NCBI GenBank assembly: GCA_951406725.2
Contig: OX597827.1
Location: forward strand, 60,016,001 to 60,080,000
Reading direction: 5' to 3'
From: Octopus vulgaris
Lineage: Eukaryota
Length of the DNA stretch: 64,000 bases
Shown here: positions 40,388 through 55,127 of the stretch, piece after piece
Position numbering within the stretch: position 1 is the stretch's first letter
Layout of the letters: every line of letters begins with the position of its first letter
Translations under genes and position numbers: made by a program
Notes under the pieces: generated by a model
Told to the model about the DNA's origin: nothing
Seen by the model: the letters and a program-made list of their open reading frames with translations, nothing else
Database searches by the model: none

Positions 40388-40902
40388 ATAGAAGCTATTG
40401 AGTGCCTCAAAAGCCGTAAATTTTGTGCGTTGGTAGCAACCAGAGTTACCGCAGCTGCTGGTACCGACTTGCTCTCCAGCCCAGTTGTTAACGGGTTTAA
40501 AGTGTACACACGCTGACTCCAGGCCCTTGACAGGGTCCGGCGTCGTTATTTTTCGTCACAACACCACCGTGCCGGGAGTGGATAATTTGCGTGCCTGCTG
40601 CCTTCCTTGACTATGGTAGCCGATTTGTATACTCCCTCTCCGGAATTGAACTCTGATTAGCTGTGACTTGTTGCCACCACAGTCAGCATTTACCTGGGCA
40701 TCGGCACTTGATAGGGTGAACTCATGGGAGACCCGCTGCGTGAAGGCTAGTCGCTCGTAGCCCGTGCGATCGTACTGACAGTTGCCAAGGGTCACCAAAA
40801 TTGAAAGCCGTGAAGAACTCCACAGGCCCGAACCTGCGTGCGGGGTGCTGAAATCGCTGCGGTGGCCCGTACACATAGGCCTCAGTCTAATATTTGCGTG
40901 CA
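40388..40902 (-). pseudogene. Diverged 18S rRNA gene fragment (5' domain, roughly V2-V3)
   Basis: Colinear reverse-complement 18S landmarks: TTACCGCAGCTGCTGG, GTTATTTTTCGTCAC, GGGAGTGGATAATTTGCGTGCCTGCTGCCTTCCTTG, CTCCCTCTCCGGAATTGAAC, TTGATAGGG, CGTGCGATCG, GTCACCAAA. Confidence 0.88.
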
Positions 40903-41116
40903 ACTAATGCGAAAGGCCGACTGTATCGTCGCGACGGGGAAAGGGCGAGGTAGACGCGCAATGCACCCCGGAGTCAGTACCTTGTGTTCACCGACAGGTG
41001 GACCACAAAGTTGGTAACCTCCTAGGTGAATGTGAATCGACCTTGTTAATAGTGAACTCAAAAGGTGAAGAGCTAGAAATAATGCCGCTAGGCATTTTGT
41101 TCGACGTGTTAACGAT

Positions 41117-41493
41117 TATTTCTTTATTGCCCACAAGGGGCTAAACATAAAGGGGACAAACAAGGACAGACAAATGGATTAAGTCGATTACATCGACCCC
41201 AGTGCTTAACTGGTACTTAATTTATCGACCCCGAAAGGATGAAATGCAAAGTCGACCTCGGCGGAATTTGAACTCAGAACATAGCGCCAGAGGAAAAACC
41301 TATTTCTTTACTACCCACAAGGGGACAAACAAGGACAGACGACCCCAGTGCGTAACTGGTACTTATTTAATCGACCCCGAAAGGATGAAAGGCAAAGTCG
41401 ACCTCGGCGGAATTTGAACTCAGAACGTAACGGCAGACGAAATACTGCTTGGCATTTCGCCCGGCGTGCTAACGTTTCTGCCAACTCACCGCC
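41117..41493 (-). mobile_element. Family D SINE partial tandem dimer
   Basis: Two units joined near 41300. Confidence 0.85.
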
Positions 41494-42373
41494 TTAATTT
41501 ATTTTCGTATATTCTGTCCTTGTGTTTGTTTGTGCGCATGCTCACTAATAGTTGCGTGCGTTTGTGTGTATTTGCGATTGTGTGTTTGCTTGATATGTTT
41601 ATATCTTGCTGCCTTTGTACGAAACTCATATATTTGCATGTATGTGTGTCTATTTTCGCTTGAATATCAGCGTGTTTATGCCCGCAACGCATTATTTTCC
41701 ATTGACTCTTCCATAAATAGAAGGAAATTATTTTTCCATGCTGATAAAATAAGGAACCAAATTCCTGTGTTTCGAGACGATTTCAAGAGCAGGAAAAAAA
41801 ATAACGTTGGGGGTGAGGGCGGTTCTAGTTAAAAATACATTAATTGAGACAGAGACGGTTTGTGCGTTACAATGGGCAGTTCGCAACATTTAAGGTACGC
41901 ACAAACAGATAAACAGATCCCGAGGCTCAGAATTCTATAGATAGATTGACATATTCACAGTGCGAGTATGTGTGTGTGTGTATGCTCGTGCACGCGGCGC
42001 GTTTGTGTATGTATGTGCAGATGTGAGTGTGTGCATGAATCGCATGAAAGAGCTCATATCGGTTTTTACTATTAAACTGTATGCCGGATAATTGCATACA
42101 TTTTCAGAACACCTGGCCGCTTTGCATTTAATCTATTTAAAATCCATCGGCATTTTACTCATGCAAATAATGTCAATTTCGGTTTAGTGCATAAGCTTTT
42201 GTTTCTTTCTGATTTTAGTTTTAAAAACTCAATTGGCGAAATGTAGCATAAAATTGATCGTTTATATTATTTGTTTCAAAAACAGTGTTTCTATAAGCTT
42301 GCGTATTCTAGATGAGGTAATATATATACGTTATAAGCAAATTTGGTAGACGGACACTATATGCAAGTCCGTC

Positions 42374-42406
<33 letters not shown>

Positions 42407-42496
42407 CATACCTCTATATGTGTGTGCGTGTGTGTTTGTATGTGTGAATGTATGTGTATATGCATGTATGTATATATGTAAGTATATAATATATAT

Positions 42497-42793
42497 GTGG
42501 AGGCGCAATGGCCCAGTGGTTAGGGCAGCGGACTCGCGGTCGTAGGATCGCGGTTTCGATTCCCAGACCGGGCGTTGTGAGTGTTTATTGAGCGAAAACA
42601 CCTAGAAGCTCCACGAGGCTCCGGCAGGGGGTGGTGATCCCTGCTGTACTTTTTCACCACTCTCTCTCACTCTTTCTTCTGTTGGCCTGCTCGCTTAGCC
42701 AGCGGGGTGGCGTCATTCGAAGGATAAAACAATGCGAACGCATTGTGACCAGCGATGTGTAGCAACATCTGATGGTCTGGTCGGTCACGTGAT
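42497..42793 (+). mobile_element. tRNA-derived SINE (head B, tail type 2)
   Basis: Homologous to 6437-6738. Confidence 0.92.
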
Positions 42794-42794
42794 A

Positions 42795-42847
<53 letters not shown>

Positions 42848-43477
42848 ACTTGTCTCGGTCATCTCTCTTGTCGCACTTGTACGTATGAAATCTCATGTCT
42901 GTCAATTTGCCCTCTGTTGTTTACACAATTTACACAATTTGCCCTCTGTTGTTTACTTACACAGAACGATACACGTTCTCCTGATACGCATCTTTACTTT
43001 TCTTTTAACTATAAAACTTTATGAAGAAGAGCTTAAGCTCAAAACATCAAAAACGTTTCTGTTTTCTCAATGTCCCCTTCAGCATTAAACAAAGAATCAC
43101 ATTTTGTTGTCACTTGGTCATCTCTATTTTACATGTCACATATTCGATAGAATATGTACTAAGGTTACAAACAACAATTCCTGGAATCGAATTGTTCGGC
43201 TAAAGGCGGTGCTCCAGCATGGCCGATGTCATATGACTGAAACAAGTAAAAGAATAAAAGAATAAAAGAGTGTGTCTGTGTGAGTGTGTCCGTGTGAGAG
43301 TGTGTGTGTGTGAGTGAGTGTGTGTGTATGTGTATGTCTGTGTCTGTGTGTGTGTGTGTGTGTAGAAATATATATTTAGAGAGACACACACACATATGTA
43401 TATATATATATATTGACTGCTATTTCTAAATTCGGTGTGTTGGTGAGGCAATTCGTTGCTAAACCCTTAATTACTTA

Positions 43478-43522
<45 letters not shown>

Positions 43523-43575
43523 AAGAGGGAGAGAGAAAGAGAGAGAGACATATAGACATATATGTATATAGACAC

Positions 43576-43677
<102 letters not shown>

Positions 43678-43992
43678 AGACAGGCAGACAGGCATGCATA
43701 CATACAAGTCACTATGCAAGTTTAAATGAATATTTGTGTTGTGTGTAGGTGCTGCCATCTTTCTGAAGTTTATTTATAGCAGTGTACTGAAACTTTGGTG
43801 GGAACGAAGCTATCACTTTTAAACCGAACCTGATATAACATGGAGTAAACATGTCGGCTATCATAAGCATTTTCATGATGACAGGCGATAAGTCATATCT
43901 TGATAATGTACCGTATGGTAGTGGTATGAGCAATAGGTGTAATGGTGGCGATGATGATGGTGGTGGTGGTGGTACTGTTGTTGTTGTTGTTT

Positions 43993-44024
<32 letters not shown>

Positions 44025-45881
44025 GGTGGTGGTGGTGGTGGTGGTGGTGGTGGTGGTGGTGGTGGTGGTGGTGGTGGTTGTAGTGGTAAGAAGTGCGAGT
44101 AATTGTGCTTATTGTGTTGATGCTGTTTGCGGTTGCTGACACTGGAGGTGGAGTGGTGATGGTACTGCTTATATAGTGGTAGTGTGATTGTGTGGTGTTG
44201 ATGGTGTTGGTAATGGTCGTCGAATTCGTTGTCGCGGTAGCAGTTGTGGTCGTGGTCGTTGCGTCGGCGGTCGTCGCGGTGGTCGTGGTGTTGGTCATGT
44301 TGACGGCGGTGATGGTGGTGCTGGTGGCGGTGGCGGCCGTAGTGGCCGCGGTGGCCGTAGTAGTGGAGGTTATGGTGGTGGTGGCGTTGGTGATGTTGGT
44401 AGTGGTGGTGGTGGTGCTGGCGATTGTGGCTTTATTTGTAGATGTAGTAGTGGTACATGATGTTGCCGTAGCAGTAGCTATGCTCTTAGTGGTCTAACAG
44501 TACCACAGAACCAAAAAGAAAATCATACATCTTAATATACTACATATGAAGTAATTCCAGGAGAAGAAAAGAACACTTGAAACACATAAATAAATATATA
44601 TATTCTAAAATAATAGACAAAACTCTTACACGATTTGTCAACCAGCGCCAAATTAATCAGTGAAAATACAACTCCAACAGTTGAAAATTAAGGACGCCTG
44701 ACAGCGGAACCTGTATTAATGTTACTGAAGTCACATCTTATTGGGGTAGGTGTTTACCAAAAGAAATAACGTTATTCGTTTATCAGAAATCTTGACTCAT
44801 GTTATTAAATGCAACGAATGAATATTATACACAGAGACGGAAATCATTTTCGGAAGAATGGCTATACATCGACAACAAATACGATAGCCAAGTACTTGAC
44901 AAGCATACGTTAGTAAACATTTGGAAGTATGCACAGCAAATAAAGTTCACAACTATCAAAATTTTCTTTTGCACCAATGCACAGACATTATTATCGAACG
45001 AAGATGACAAAAATAAAATATATTTAAGAAATAGAATCCATATCTAAATAGAAGTCACTCTGCATCGACAGCTGACGTTAAATTTAAGGTTTTGTAAAAA
45101 CAAATGAGATCAACATTTATTTTTGCAGTACGAATCACTATCATAATAACTGGGAAACCAGCTGAGAAACTGAAGAAAAAATTGAAGAAAATTAAATGAA
45201 TGTGCATTGTCATATATCATATACATGAACGCGCGTACTTGCGCGTGTGTGAGTATGTTTTAAAAGACTTTATTGAAATTGCTAGTTTTATTTTTTTTAA
45301 ATATTTGACAAGAACGGAACGGAACGTCACAAATATGTAAAATAGCTTTCTTAATTCTGTTTATGTAATTAATGAATGTTAATTCAACAAAATCGTACTT
45401 CAAATATTATATACTGTATCAAAAATTCTTTCAAAAAGAACTATACATACATATATATAGACATACATACATACTTATTGTTGGTGATACAGCATTCTGC
45501 AGTTATATGTTTGTGTTTGTGACTGTGTTGTGATGACGATTTACTTCCGAACTGGAAAAGGCTCCCAGTCTCTGTATCATAAATATCTAGTAATGTTCAT
45601 AAAGTTCAAATAACGCTAGTAATCTATCAAGTCCATTTACACATTTCTCAATACATACTACTGCTATGACTTGCCACCATCACTTTACGTCTCCATCAAA
45701 GACGGGTAGATTTGCTACTACGTATAATTTATATTATGATACAATTCTCATTGACAGATGCACGTTTGAATTCGATTGGTCGTTTCAACTGACAGTTTTT
45801 CAAAAGTATTGAAGCTGAGACTGTAAATGTAAATAGAAAATTAAAACAAAATAAAATTTAAAATTTTAATTAAAATAAAAG

Positions 45882-46208
45882 ACTTGGGCAAGTGTCTTCT
45901 GCTATAGCCCCGGGCCTACCAATGCCTTGTGAGTGGATTTGGTACACGGAAACTGAAAGAAGCCCGTCGTATATATGTATATATATATATATATGCGTGT
46001 GTGTGTTTGTGTGTCTGTGTTTGTCCCCCTAGCATTGCTTGACAACCGATGCTGGTGTGTTTATGTCCCCGTTACTTAGCGGTTCGGCAATAGAGACCGA
46101 TAGAATAAGTACTGGGCTTACAAAAGAATAAGTCCCGGGGTCGAGTTGCTCGATTAAAGGCGGTGCTCCAGCATGGCCGCAGTCGAATGACTGAAACAAG
46201 TAAAAGAG
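45882..46208 (+). mobile_element. SINE family A, 5'-truncated
   Basis: Body and tail. Confidence 0.9.
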
Positions 46209-46508
46209 AAAAAAAAGAATATACAAAAGTAAAAAAGTAAATATCGTGTATGAAATCGAAGAAAACCTTGAGTCAAAAAGATTTTTTTTTCCAGTTAAAA
46301 AGAAATCATGCATGTCCAGAGTGAATTAATTAATGGTAAATAAGTAATTAATTAATATAAATGTCTGTTTTTTAAAACTTAAACCATGGGTTTGGGAAAG
46401 CTCGTAGATACTGATAAAAGTAGTAACAGGTTTCTTTTTATATAATCAACTCACACACACATGTATATAAAAATACACGTATAAAAACTATAAATGTATA
46501 AATGTATA

Positions 46509-46683
46509 GGCGCAGGAGTGGCTGTGTGGTAAGTAGCTTGCTAAACAACCACATGGTTCCGGGTTCACTCCCACTGCGTGGCATCTTGGGCAAGTGTCTT
46601 CTGCTATAGCCCCGGGCCGACCAATTCCTTGTGAGTGGATTTGGTAGACGGAAACTGAAAGAAGCCTGTCGTATATATGTATG

Positions 46684-46714
<31 letters not shown>

Positions 46715-46909
46715 TTGTCCCCCTAGCATTGCTTGACAACCGATGCTGGTGTGTTTACGTCCCCGTCACTTAGCGGTTCGGCAAAAGAGACTGATAGAAT
46801 AAGTACTGGGCTTACAAAGAATAAGTCCCGGGGTCGATTTGCTCGACTAAAGGCGGTGCTCCAGCATGGCCGCAGTCAAATGACTGAAACAAGTAAAAGA
46901 GTAAAAGAG
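46509..46909 (+). mobile_element. SINE family A, full length
   Basis: Head to tail. Confidence 0.92.
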
Positions 46910-47656
46910 TAATACGAAGCACATATGCATATATTCACATAAATACATGCTTATACATGAATATATTTATATCTACACATAAGCATAAATACACAGATAC
47001 ATAAAAACTTTACCTTTCATCTTTACGGGGGTTGATAAATTAAGTACCAGTTGCGTACTGGGGTCGATCTAATCGACTAGCCCCCTCCCCAAAATTTCGG
47101 GTCTTGTGCCTAGAGTAGAAAATAATATTTACGAGCTTTCCCATATCTACGGGCTAATTTTAAGAAAACAGACTTACATTTATATTAATTAATTATTTAC
47201 TATCAATTAATTTACTCTGAACATGCAATTTCTTTTTAACCTAAAAAAAAAATCTCTTCTTGACTCAACGTTTCCTTCGATTTTATACAACACGATATTT
47301 ATGTCTTTTATTTTATTTTTTACTTTATTTTACTTTATTTTTTATTTTTATCTTCTATTTACATTTACTGTCTCAGCTTCAATACTTTTGAAAAACCGTT
47401 TGTTGAAACGACCAATCAAATTCAAATGTGTATCTGTCAATGTAAATTACATCATAATGTAAATTATACGAATAACCTGAATTCTTATTCCATTCTAGAT
47501 CACAACTAGGAACGGAAACGTGAAACTCTGATTAGCAAGATTTTTTTTGTGATATTTTTATGATGTTTTTGCAGCTTTAATAAATATATTACTCTATCCC
47601 CAGTATTCGAGTACTATTTTTTCCCCACCTTGTTTCACATTTATGTGCTTACTCTG

Positions 47657-47969
47657 GTGAGTGGAATGGCTCAGTGGTTAGAGCGTCGAGCTTACGATCG
47701 GACCGGGGTGCGTGTTGTGTTCTTGAGCAAGACACCTTATTTCATGTTGCTCCAGTTCACTCAGCTGTAGAAATGGGTTGCGATGTCACTGGTGCCTAGC
47801 TGTATCGGCCCCTTTGCCTTTCCCTTGGACAACACTGGTGGCGTGGAGAGGGGAGGCCGGTATGCATGGACGACTGCTGGTCTTCCATAAACAACCTTGC
47901 TCGGACTTGTGCCTGGGAGGGTAACTTTCTAGGTGCAATCCCATGGTCAGTCATGACCGAAGGGGTTCT
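47657..47969 (+). mobile_element. CORE-type SINE (head C, tail type 4)
   Basis: A box TGGCTCAGTGG, core GTTCTTGAGCAAGACAC...CACTCAGCTGTAGAAATGGG, distinct tail. Confidence 0.8.
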
Positions 47970-48281
47970 CAGCATATATATACAAACACTTCGTTGGTTA
48001 TAATGACGATTTTTCAAGTTCATACGATCAACGGAACATCTTGCACGTGAAATTGATGTGCAAGTGATTGAGCACTCCGCAGACACGCTTACCTTTAAAG
48101 TAATTCTCAATGAGATTTAGCGTGGCACAGAATGAGACAAGGCACCACCCATAACATCGCCAACACTAACACCACCACCAACACTGCCTACATCGCTGCC
48201 AACGCCACCACCGATGCATCGAACACCATCACCAACACCATCACCAGCACCATCACCAACACTACCGCCAACACCACCGAT

Positions 48282-48475
48282 GTGGAGGCACAATGGCCCA
48301 GTGGTTAGGGCAGCTGACTCGCGGTCGTAAGATTGCGGTTTCGATTCCCAGACCGGGCATTGCGAGTGTTTATTGAGCAAAAACACCTAAGCTCCACGAG
48401 GCTCCGGCGGGAGTGGTGGTGATGGGGAACCCCGCTGTACTTTTTCACCACAAATTTCTCTCACTCATTCTTCCT
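48282..48475 (+). mobile_element. SINE head B, 3'-truncated
   Basis: Head similarity. Confidence 0.85.
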
Positions 48476-48517
48476 ACTTTTGCCACAAAGCAGAGGAGCC
48501 ATGGTGTAACCCACTAT

Positions 48518-48886
48518 GGCGTGGTAAACTTTCAGACCCTAGTCTAGATCGCGAATCCTCTGTACCCCAGGATAGTACTGCTCTCCACCTGTTAAAAAGC
48601 CACCGTTTACGGAATGAGGATAACAACGTAGCTTTCGCGCCCGTGCAACCGCCAGTCTATCGCGTGTGGTGTGTGGATCTTCAAGTTGCCACACGCATTC
48701 TTAGTAGCTTAGAGTTGCCCCGAATGAGAGATTATTCGTTGTGGATAACGGTGCGAGTCCTGACTGGAAGAAGAAGAAGAAGAAGAAGAAGAAGAAGAAG
48801 AAGAAGAAGAAGAAGAAGAAGAAGAAGAAGAAGAAGAAGAAGAAGAAGAAGAAGAAGAAGAAGAAGAAGAAGAAGAAGAAGAAGAA
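48518..48886 (+). mobile_element. Non-LTR retroelement 3' end with ~40-unit (GAA)n tail
   Basis: Homologous to the reverse complement of 36172-36430. Confidence 0.7.
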
Positions 48887-49925
48887 TTTTGTAAGTTGAC
48901 TACATCGACCCCAGTACTCAACTGATGAAATGATGAAGAGCACAGTCGACTTCGGGGGAATTTGAACTCAGCACGTGAAGACGGACAAAAAGCCGCTAAG
49001 CATTTCATCCGGCATATTAATAGTTCTGTCAACATGCCACCTAAATTACATCTATAACAACAAGCACAAGAACAGGAACATCATTATCGATGACAACAAC
49101 AACAACTGCAACGACTGCATTAACCATAGTTCTAACAACAAGAATTAGAACAATAACAACACCAAAACACAATTATGTCTGCAACAACAACAACAACAAC
49201 GACGAAAACAAGAACACTAATAGTTGTAGTCTCAGATCTGATAATCACATGATTGGGATCGTTTATTGATTGGCTCTCGTCTAATTTGTTGTAACCAATC
49301 AATGCTTTAGGTGAGCAACCATGCGTGGACATTTGATGTAGACATTGATATAGACTTTTAATGGAGGCACGTGCAGATGCACTCAGATGCATACGCATAC
49401 TTACATACATACATTCATATATGCACACACATACATATATACATACATATATATATACACACATACATGCATATATACATGCACATATACACACATGCAT
49501 ACACACACACTCACACACATACACTCATACACATACATACATACATACATACATACATACATACATACATACATACATACAGATAGATAGACAGATAGAC
49601 GTAGAAGGATTTAGATATACGCTTATTTGCTCACAAATATTTACGCTTAAACTCCTGCAAACTCACATAAACACATTCATATATATATATATATATCTAT
49701 ATCCGTGTACATATGCATACACACATGCATATAAGCATACATAAACATACATACATACGTACAGGTTTCCGCTTATACATGCACATGCACATATACAGAA
49801 ACGGACAAACCTCGCTCATTCTACAGTAACATACACACGTACCCACATTCTACGGTAGCAAACATGTAACCACATACACAGCCAGCGCAAAAGCCGGTCT
49901 GTCTACTTGCACTCGTACACTTACT

Positions 49926-50013
<88 letters not shown>

Positions 50014-50161
50014 CATTTACATATACATACATATATACATACATACACACACACACAAATATATGTATACAAATATATACATAATCACGCATTTAAACTC
50101 GTGTACAAATACATGAGTTTGACAGGTACCACTGGTATCATTACGTATAATGTCTAATTCC

Positions 50162-50770
50162 TACGTAATGATACCAGTGGTACCTGCCCTAGATATAGAA
50201 ACAAATAATGGAATAGGATACGAAGAACTTGTGACAAATCAAAGAGGGTGAACACGTGGTATAAAACCGACAAATATCAAGGAATGATATTTGTAGAGGC
50301 TACAGCCCATGGAGAGCTAGCCCGTAGATTTAAAAAAGCTCTGAAGGAGACCAAACTCAACATTAAGATTGTCCGTCAGATCACAACTATGTAGGACGTA
50401 CACCTTTGAGAATACCATATGCACCAATGATAACTGCATGGTATGTAGGATTAGCCCTGGCATTAACTGTAGAACAAGAAATGTAGTTTACAGCATAAGA
50501 TGCATAGAAGGTGCTTGTAAAGACATGAACATGACATAAATAGGGGGGACACCTTGGAGTATTGCGAAACGACTAAATGAACAGTTGAGACAATATGACG
50601 ACATAAAAAACAGTCCTCCATACTCTAACAACATACCAAAGACCACCATGGAGGCAATTGGGGTCAACTTGACATCCGCAACTTATCCAAGCACCCAAAA
50701 GACCCAACACTCAAATACGTGAGTACGTCCTTATAAATGAAACCTCCCCAATACTAAATAGGAAATATAC
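50162..50770 (+). mobile_element. Decayed Penelope-like retroelement: RT C-terminal region, Cys linker and GIY-YIG endonuclease
   Basis: Translation GTCPRYRNK*W...NTWYKTDKYQGMIFVEATAHGELA...NIKIV / CTNDNCMVC...NCRTRNVVYSIRCIEGAC...*IG...SIAKRLNEQ...LINETSPILNRK; stops and frameshifts. Confidence 0.85.
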
Positions 50771-51555
50771 ATAGTAGATATATCTCCATACCCACAGTTA
50801 ACACAGGTAGGGTAGAATAGTTAATGGGCTGTTATGTACATAGATGCATGTATGTGTGTGGGGGTATATATGTGTATATGCACATGTATATAAGCATATG
50901 GATACGAAAATAAACAGATCAACATACAGACGGATAGGTACATAGGTTATATGAACAGACAAGCACACAGACACAAATGGAGACTGAAACACATGACCAT
51001 ATATACACACACACTTTACTTCACACAAGGACACATGTCCACACATATGGAAATGCACATCCGTACATAGTTGCAAAACACACACACACAATGAGACAGA
51101 GAAGCATACATATACAAACACACGCTCACACACACACATACATTAAAATACACAGACACGGACATGCAAGCACATGAATTTGCAGAATACATACATACAA
51201 ATGCATACAAAAATACATACATATATACATATGCATACACACACATATATACATACACACACATGCATACATATATACATACATACATATGCATGCATAG
51301 GCACACACACGCACACACTGATCCACACACATGCGCACAAAGAAACAAAAAAGAACGCAGTGTAAATAACGGACAGAGTCAAAACTATTATTGAAAAGGT
51401 TGCAAGACGCAATGAAAATTTTAGGAAAATAAGAAATAAGTGGAAATTTTACCGGTGAGTGTGTTACATTATAAGGCACAGAAAGAAAATGACACAACAG
51501 AATATGCTTCAACAAATGAGCTAACATAAAGAATTTTGCAAACCAAATCCTAAAA

Positions 51556-51618
<63 letters not shown>

Positions 51619-51683
51619 GGATCTAAATATATATACAAGCATATAGAGTTGTACATGTTTATATGAATTTTTGTGTGTGTAAG

Positions 51684-51790
51684 TGCGTGAGCATGCGTGA
51701 GCGTGCGTGAGCGTGCGTGAGCGTGCGTGAGCGTGCGTGAGCGTGCGTGAGCGTGCGTGAGCGTGCGTGAGCGTGCGTGAGCGTGCGTGC
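51684..51790. repeat. 10-bp minisatellite (GCGTGAGCGT)n
   Basis: About 10 units. Confidence 0.9.
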
Positions 51791-52467
51791 GTGTCTGTAT
51801 GTGCACGCGCACGTGCATGTCCATATTCGCAACCTAGCACTGCAATGATGCAAAACTAAGACACACAGACATTCGGACAGGCAGACAGACAGGCAGGCAG
51901 GCAGGCAAGCAGGCAGACGGACAAGCTGTTAGACAGTCTACTAAAATTGATGTCCGCCCCAGAGAAGGTGAGGTCGTAAGTTCACCGGGGTCAGGAGAAA
52001 CCAATGAACGAGGTCTGAAATTGGATGTCATACCAGTTCGATTTTTGTTAGACGCATATAGCGAGGTTTGCGCATTGGTGGGAGGGCGGAATGGTGAAGA
52101 AGGGGCGGTGAAATTGATGTGAAACCTTAAATGAGTAATGAGCTAGCCTCGATGTGGTCAGTGAGAAATTGACACCAGTTGTTCTCGTGGTGTGTGTGTG
52201 TGCATGTATGTGTGCATGTGTGTGCGTATGAATATGTTTGTGTGTGTCTGTATGTGTCTGCGCATAAATGTGTGTACATATCTATTATTTGTGGTTGTAT
52301 TTATGTACGTGTATGGGCTGATATTGTTTGCATGTCTCTCCGAGTATATGATTGCACACAAACGCATGCGCATAAACACTTTCAGACTCAAATAAACACA
52401 CATGTATATAGGTGTGTATTTACATATATATATATGTGTGTGTGCGAGTGTGTGGTATGTATGTATC

Positions 52468-52540
<73 letters not shown>

Positions 52541-52725
52541 ATATACATATATATCTATGTATATATATACTTAAGCAACGTAACATTCGTGTCTTATATT
52601 TGCATATATGTTATAGATATGTACCCATACCCCCTCCACTCACATACTCATATACACATGCACACATATATACACACATACATTGACTATCGCACGTATA
52701 TACGTATATATGTAAATATCTGTGG

Positions 52726-52772
<47 letters not shown>

Positions 52773-53080
52773 TACATATACCTATACATACATATACATA
52801 TATATAAGTATATGTACGTATTTATATACATCATATATATATGTATGTGTGTGTGTGTGTGTGTGTATGTATGTGTGTGTGTGTGTATGCAAGGATGGAT
52901 GCATATATATGTATGTATGCCTGAATGTATGCATGTATGTATAAGTGTATGCATCTTCGAATGTGTTGTCACTTAAGCACATATACATACATATATATAT
53001 ATATATATATACAGATGTACACGCCCATATACACACCAACACAGTTTATCGTACGCACATTAAACAACTACATTAATGTC

Positions 53081-53147
<67 letters not shown>

Positions 53148-53957
53148 CGCACGTGTATGTTAAGTACTTATACATGTTACGTATGTATGTTTGCATGCAT
53201 GTATATATCTATGAATCTGTATGAATTTATGATTAAGCACACATACATACGCACACACACACACATACACATACACAAAACTATCTCGGTAGAATTCCGT
53301 TTACCTCTATTATTGCATTGGTAACTTTTCACCGATTTCTTTATCTTTCAGCCAAAAAAGGTGAGGTTCGAACCAAACGCTTTGCGGGTAGTTGTTTGGT
53401 TTTTTTAGCTTCACGGTTCGAATCCCGCTGAGGTCATCTTTTACTTGTTGCTGGAGTGCGGCCATGCCCTGGCACCGCCTTAATAGGTTCAGTTGACCCC
53501 GGTTCTATATATATGCATATATACATATGTATATATATACCTATATACTTATAAACATACATATATATATATGTGTATATATATATATACACACATACAT
53601 ATATACATACACACCGACAACTGACACACACACACACACATATTGATGACATTCGTATTTGAAAAATGTAAACCTCGCATTAGTTAATTAGTAATAACTT
53701 ACAAATCAGATAGCAATATAATATTATATACATGCATACATAGATATATTCATACACACATACACACACACACACACGCATACATGTATGCACTCTGGAG
53801 AAATATCGTATAGATAAATATCTGACTTAGTGTGGAATCGCGTGTCTGTAATTTAGATCTTACAGGCCTTGGGAATTTATCCTCAATATTGTTTGAGAGG
53901 ACTTCATAATTTTCGTATGCACACGCGCTCGTAAACACACACATTCATCCCATATAT

Positions 53958-54009
<52 letters not shown>

Positions 54010-54033
54010 TATATATATATATATATACATATA

Positions 54034-54098
<65 letters not shown>

Positions 54099-54140
54099 GC
54101 GTATATATATATTTATATCTATATGTACGTATATGTCTGT

Positions 54141-54176
<36 letters not shown>

Positions 54177-54232
54177 TGTATATAGCTATCTATTTGACAT
54201 ATCTCAAATATATATATCTATCTATATATACG

Positions 54233-54280
<48 letters not shown>

Positions 54281-54353
54281 CAGATAGATAGACTGACAGA
54301 CAGCAAATATTTATATTTAGACAAGTTAAAGAATATGCGATCTATCTGCTCTC

Positions 54354-55127
54354 CAGGTCCTTTACTGCAAATAGCTGTTACGTGGTAGCAAGCCGTACTA
54401 GAAATAGCAGCCAAAGCTTGTCTAACTATAAATATCTGCTGCAAAAGAAAAGTAGAGAACTATATCATGAAGTACAAGGTATACATAAATCATATGAACG
54501 CATATATACAAACTAGAATAGTTAAGTAAAAAGTAATGTTGCTATTAGTTTGTCCAAACGCTATATGTAAATACATGCATATAGATGTGTGTTTGTGGGG
54601 GGTGTATACATCTGCGATGACTGGTTTGATAAGCGATGCTGTGTATTTTACAATTCTGTAAATAATAATCTATAATACATTAAATGTCAGTTTGAATCTT
54701 GCTTGCTTGCTTACAATGTTACACGGCCGAACTGGATAACATTTTCGCTTTTGTTAAACATAATATTATAATCATCTAGAAAAAGTTTTAAGTGAATGTG
54801 ATTTCAAAAATGTAAGTTGTTTGTACAGTAAGTATCTATATTTTAGCTTTCTTTGAACAGACAATATTTTAATGTTTTTTAAAAAATATTTTCAAGTGAA
54901 TACCTTAAGAAAATTTTTGGCATATTTAAAAATTAGTTTAAAGTGAAAATAACTTTAAAAATACGGTAAATATTTCGTAAAAGACCCGTTCGTAAGCACA
55001 GTATGAAATATTTTTTTTCTCCGTAAGTTTTTTCAAGTGCATTGAACGTGTCTCACCTCTAAAGATGTGGCTGCTATTTCTAGCACGGCCTGCTACTATG
55101 TAACAGCTATTTGCGATAAAGGACCTG
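54354..55127. mobile_element. MITE with ~60-bp TIRs starting CAGGTCCTTTA
   Basis: 54354-54413 and 55068-55127 are reverse complements; AT-rich interior; TSD not evident. Confidence 0.75.

Larger units (their letters stand above)
45721..47470. mobile_element. Old foldback/MITE with ~350-bp terminal inverted repeats and three nested SINEs
   Basis: Left arm 45721-45882 plus 46235-46410 is the reverse complement of 47125-47470 (e.g. TTTTCAAAAGTATTGAAGCTGAGAC / GTCTCAGCTTCAATACTTTTGAAAA). Confidence 0.8.

Noticed and set aside
44799-45047. 82-aa non-repetitive ORF
   Set aside because: No recognisable motif or splice context; compatible with chance or a decayed transposon
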